Origin: Oikopleura dioica
Lineage: Eukaryota; Animalia; Chordata
Direction: 5' to 3'
DNA: 64,000 nucleotides
Assembly: GCA_907165135.1 (NCBI GenBank)
Contig: OU015566.1
Location: forward strand, 12,400,001 to 12,464,000
Shown: in pieces, positions 60,401-64,000 of the stretch
Layout of the letters: the number at the start of each line of letters is the position of its first letter
Position numbering within the stretch: the first letter of the stretch is position 1
Program-made: the position numbers and the translations under genes
The notes under the pieces: model-generated
What the model was told of the DNA's origin: nothing
Databases searched by the model: none
The model's input: the letters and a program-made list of their open reading frames with translations, nothing else

Positions 60401-61455
60401 ATGTAGGGAGAGTCTCTATTTCGTCATTATAACGAGGAATGTCGTGTTGAAGTATAACAAGTAAGGGGACACTTGCGATAAGAGCAAAATGCTCAACTGA
60501 GGCTTTTACACAGCACCTGATTTTGAAATGGCGACTCTTGAATGAATTACCTTCCGCAAGTCAAAAACTCGTCAAAGAATTTCGATAAAAAGATCAATAA
60601 TTTTTTGAACTTCCATTATGCAGCAAATCCGTAATTAAATGCGCAGTTCAATTACGAATTTGATCGATAGGAGATCACGATTTGACAGAAAACCTTCTCG
60701 TGTTCGTTCTTGTTCTGAGAATTTTACCTGAAGCTTGAACTTGTCGCCTTTTCTCTCAAATGGTAATCTGCGATTGTGGTTCGTGGAAAGTCCCGGGACG
60801 AGTTGGATCTTCAGGTGGTAGCTCTGTTGAACTGGATTTCCGTTTGAGTGAATGGTGTCGGGCAAAAGGCAAATAGCACCCGCCGCGGATGAAGCTTTGT
60901 TTGGGCTCCTGAAAGCCAAATCGCGATTATGATTACTGTAACTTGCTTGGTAAACAACATTACAGAACTTATCTTGATCGAATACTCTTTCATTTTTTCA
61001 GCACTGTTTTTATTCGTAAAAAATCGAAACGAAGTCTTCTCGACCTTCAAGTGTGTCTTTTAAAAATTCGATTACGCTTATTTTGAGTTGAAACCACAAA
61101 TTTTTCATGGCCGCTTTTGGAATCCAGGGCACTTGATCTTCCCATTCTTACATCTACTACCGGAGCCGAGTAAAAATGAAACCGTAATCTGCAGCGAAAA
61201 CATGCTGGCTTCCTGGGGATAACATCAGAATTACAAAGTACCGTGAAGAGCCTCCAAGCTCCATTGCGAAAATACAGTATCAGCACTCTTAGAGTCATAA
61301 TTCTGCCATTGCTAGAAAGTGGGTCAAATACAATAAAACCACGAATAACAATCTGTGGCTTCGGTATCAATGACAAGCTGTTTGCTCAGGATCTTCCTCA
61401 ATTGATGAGCTGTCATCAATTCCTTCATGGTAAGCAACAAAAAGAAGAATTTTTT

Positions 61456-62290
61456 TTATGATTTTATTTCGTCCATAATCTCATTGTACATTTTATCAGC
61501 AACAAAGCTCTTCCAGCAAAACTGCTGAAAATCATCCTTTTCTTCCGTTTCTTCCGGTTTATAGACTTCGACTTTCTTAACATTCTTTTTGGCACTACGC
61601 TCTTCGTCGGTCAGGTTCTGTAGCTTTTCGATCTCGGCCCATTGGGAGGAGATGAAATTGATGTTTTGGCAATGAGATGGCGTGGCGGGGATATTGCAGC
61701 TAGAATTCATGTTTACTTTTCTTCCGAGGGGTTCAATTTCCAAACTAGCTCTTGAATTTTGATGGGTTTGAATGTCAGAATCGTTGGAAATATCCGAAAA
61801 GCAGGCTTGAAGGAACAATATTTCAGCAAATAGATCAAAGAGCTTCGAAATTTATCTATCTGTGTCATTAAAACCCGCAGGCTAAGCGTAAAAGCTGTCA
61901 ATCCAAAGAGCGACTAGTGCTAACAGACTGTCACTTCTGATTTATGCAAGTGTACCTCTTCGTCGTTGTTTTTGACATTTTGGCGATTTCTTCGAAGTTT
62001 GATAGCTGTTGGGTCTGCTCAACTACCTTGGCGATGTTTGTGTTTGTATCGCTGACCTTGTCTAAAGAAAAATAAATAGAAAAAGTTCTTTAATTCGAAA
62101 TCTCTTGACCTTCTAAATGATTTAACAAAAGTCTTTTGTCAAAAGACTTGCTAATTAGTAATCAACTTGCCTGTGAGCGAGGTCCCATATCTCTGCGAAG
62201 CTCCGCCACGAGTACCCAAAATTCGAATGTACATTTTCTCTTCTTCTTTCGTAAAAATTTGACCAAGGATTCTCTTTCTATTTTCTATGC
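61456..62290 (-). CDS. Hypothetical protein (at least three exon-like segments; possibly linked to further exons at 59.2-61.4 kb)
   Basis: Open, splice-flanked segments ESLVKFLRKKKRKCTFEFWVLVAELRRDMGPRSQ, DKVSDTNTNIAKVVEQTQQLSNFEEIAK and a 120-codon terminal ORF; no family recognised. Confidence 0.35.
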
Positions 62291-62805
62291 GGATGGATTT
62301 TGAATGATGAAAACTTTCGGCACTTATAATGGTTCTCGAGAAAATTTACTCTCGACGCATGGCGGGGGCAACTTTGAGTCACTCTTGCATCACACAGAAC
62401 CCGGGGTGTGTGCCTAACCTTTTGACCAAGTTGATTGAACAAACCCATCTAGGTAGGCCAACCCTTAATAAGAGTACTATCGTACACGACATAGTGCGTT
62501 TTTCGAATTTGTAATGAACTTTGACAAAAAGTAACAGTATTTTCATTAATTCATTATTAATTACCAAGGTGATACTTCTGAGAACCATGCCAAAACGGCC
62601 AAAAATTAGCCCAACGCACCTTTTTATGATCAATCAATTTGCCGATTTCACTCTCAAGCTACTCATTTTTCCAGCCGCTAGCATCATTAACGGCCTTTTT
62701 AGCATCAGACTTGTCTCATTTCATAACACTAAAATAATTATAATTTGGTTAGTTAGCATAGCGCAAGGTTCATGGTTCCATTTCGAAAGTTGCAGCAAAC
62801 TGAGC

Positions 62806-64000
62806 ATGGTAATATTTTTTTTCAAAGAGAGTTCAATACGTATTAACGATGAGTTTAGTTTCTCCTCAATTTTCTGCTCTTGTGGCAGAGAGGAGTTCTT
62901 GCACTGGACTGCAATGCAGGCTCAGTGGACAAAACAAAAGTGCCGAAATCTTTTGGCCCGGATGTGACGGAATCAACTCTTCGGAAAGTCTGGCCAAACA
63001 TCCATAGCGCCTACCCCACTGTGAATTTCTGGGACTGGTACAAGTTCTTCACCACTTACGCGGCTTACTTTAATCATGGAAAGAGCATCGCGAATGATAT
63101 TTATCAAGTGTGGCCGATTTCGCTTGATAAATATGGAGACATCAGAGAGGTGGATAACTACGACTACACTGTTGCGGAGGAACTGGGTCTTTCTTGGAAT
63201 GAGATGGTCTTTGATCAACTCAATATTCCAATAGTTTCTCTTGTTGCAGCGAATATCTTCTATGACGGTAATTAAAAGAACTCTTAGCAAACACAAGTCA
63301 AGTATTCTAGTGGAGGTGGGATTGAATAATTACTTTCATGGCGGATGGAACACATTCTCGATCAATTTCGGAGGGGCGAATAAAACTCGTTGGGATGAAC
63401 TCGAAGCGAAGTTTGAGTTTCAAGAGCATCTCAATCACGATAATTTTGACCTTCTGGTTGTCGTTGATGATTCTTCCTTGATTGCAGACGATGATTTCCA
63501 AGAAATCAAGAGCTTCATTGAGAATATCGAAACTGTTGCTAATTCAGCTTCGCTTGATATTTCAGTTCATCCTCTAAACGGCGGAAGCTTTCACACGTGA
63601 GCATCTTCATCAGAGAAAATGATGTAAAGAACGTCTTTTAGATTTCAAGCTGGGCCGCTCGATCTGAGCTCTTTCTCAAAAAGCTCAAGCCAAGACCGCA
63701 ACGTTGAAGCAGTTTTTGACAATATTTATGGTGACTTTACATCGGCCAGGTAAGATCGCAAAATAAATCTTTCGTCCGCTATTTTCAGATCCGATGCCGC
63801 AAAATACGTCCTGTTGATAATAACTGGCACTCCCACAGATGATGTATCTCGAATTCAAAAAAAGTATGCTAAAGAATGTCACCTGCTCTAACTCTAGCTA
63901 AAGCCTCCCTGGACATACGCAACTCATTGTCCTGAATATCGGAGGACAACATGTGACTCTTGATGGAGACACGACAAAGAACATGTACGCGTCAACAGCA
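62806..64000 (+). CDS. Divergent paralog of the 36.2-kb VWA protein (N-domain + degenerate VWA); runs off the window end
   Basis: ATG|gtaata micro-exon plus signal FLLNFLLLWQRGVLA. CNAGSVDKTKVPKSFGPDVTESTLRKVW aligns with CSSGSKDLTLTPGATGEDVARATIAKVW. FDLLVVVDDSSLI marks the VWA start. Confidence 0.8.

Noticed and set aside
57800-61400. Scattered exon-like pieces (e.g. MLGTTRAQSEEELPTPPSLDISE at ~59170-59250 on -)
   Set aside because: Could not be linked into a supportable gene model.

Overview
Very compact animal genomic DNA: about 25 genes in 64 kb, many 30-60 nt AT-rich introns, and several junctions that appear to need GA/GG/GC donors. This pattern best fits a larvacean tunicate such as Oikopleura (inference; no database search was run). 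Recognisable genes: DNAAF5 (partial), V-ATPase subunit e, a kringle serine protease, a CUB-EGF-CTL-ZP secreted protein, a divergent TRPC channel, tRNA-Lys(CTT), a CaaX-ending orphan, cofilin, a GT31 glycosyltransferase, a DBH/MOXD1-like monooxygenase, a fibrillar collagen, four NAT8/camello-like acetyltransferases, a multi-zinc-finger GATA-like factor, two paralogous secreted VWA proteins, a Ly6/uPAR protein, an RBMS-like RRM protein, a CRIB-less PAK-like kinase, a CBM2-like secreted protein and FANK1. The most notable structure is a mirror-symmetric 14-kb block (26.7-40.5 kb). Two inward-facing NAT pairs enclose a GATA-finger gene with an abnormally long finger loop and a secreted VWA gene. 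These two genes are transcribed divergently from a 4.5-kb intergenic region densely packed with GATA-binding sites (7 copies of CTGATAAG, 19 of GATAAG). This is a candidate autoregulatory GATA module. Exon boundaries and motif counts were worked out by hand.
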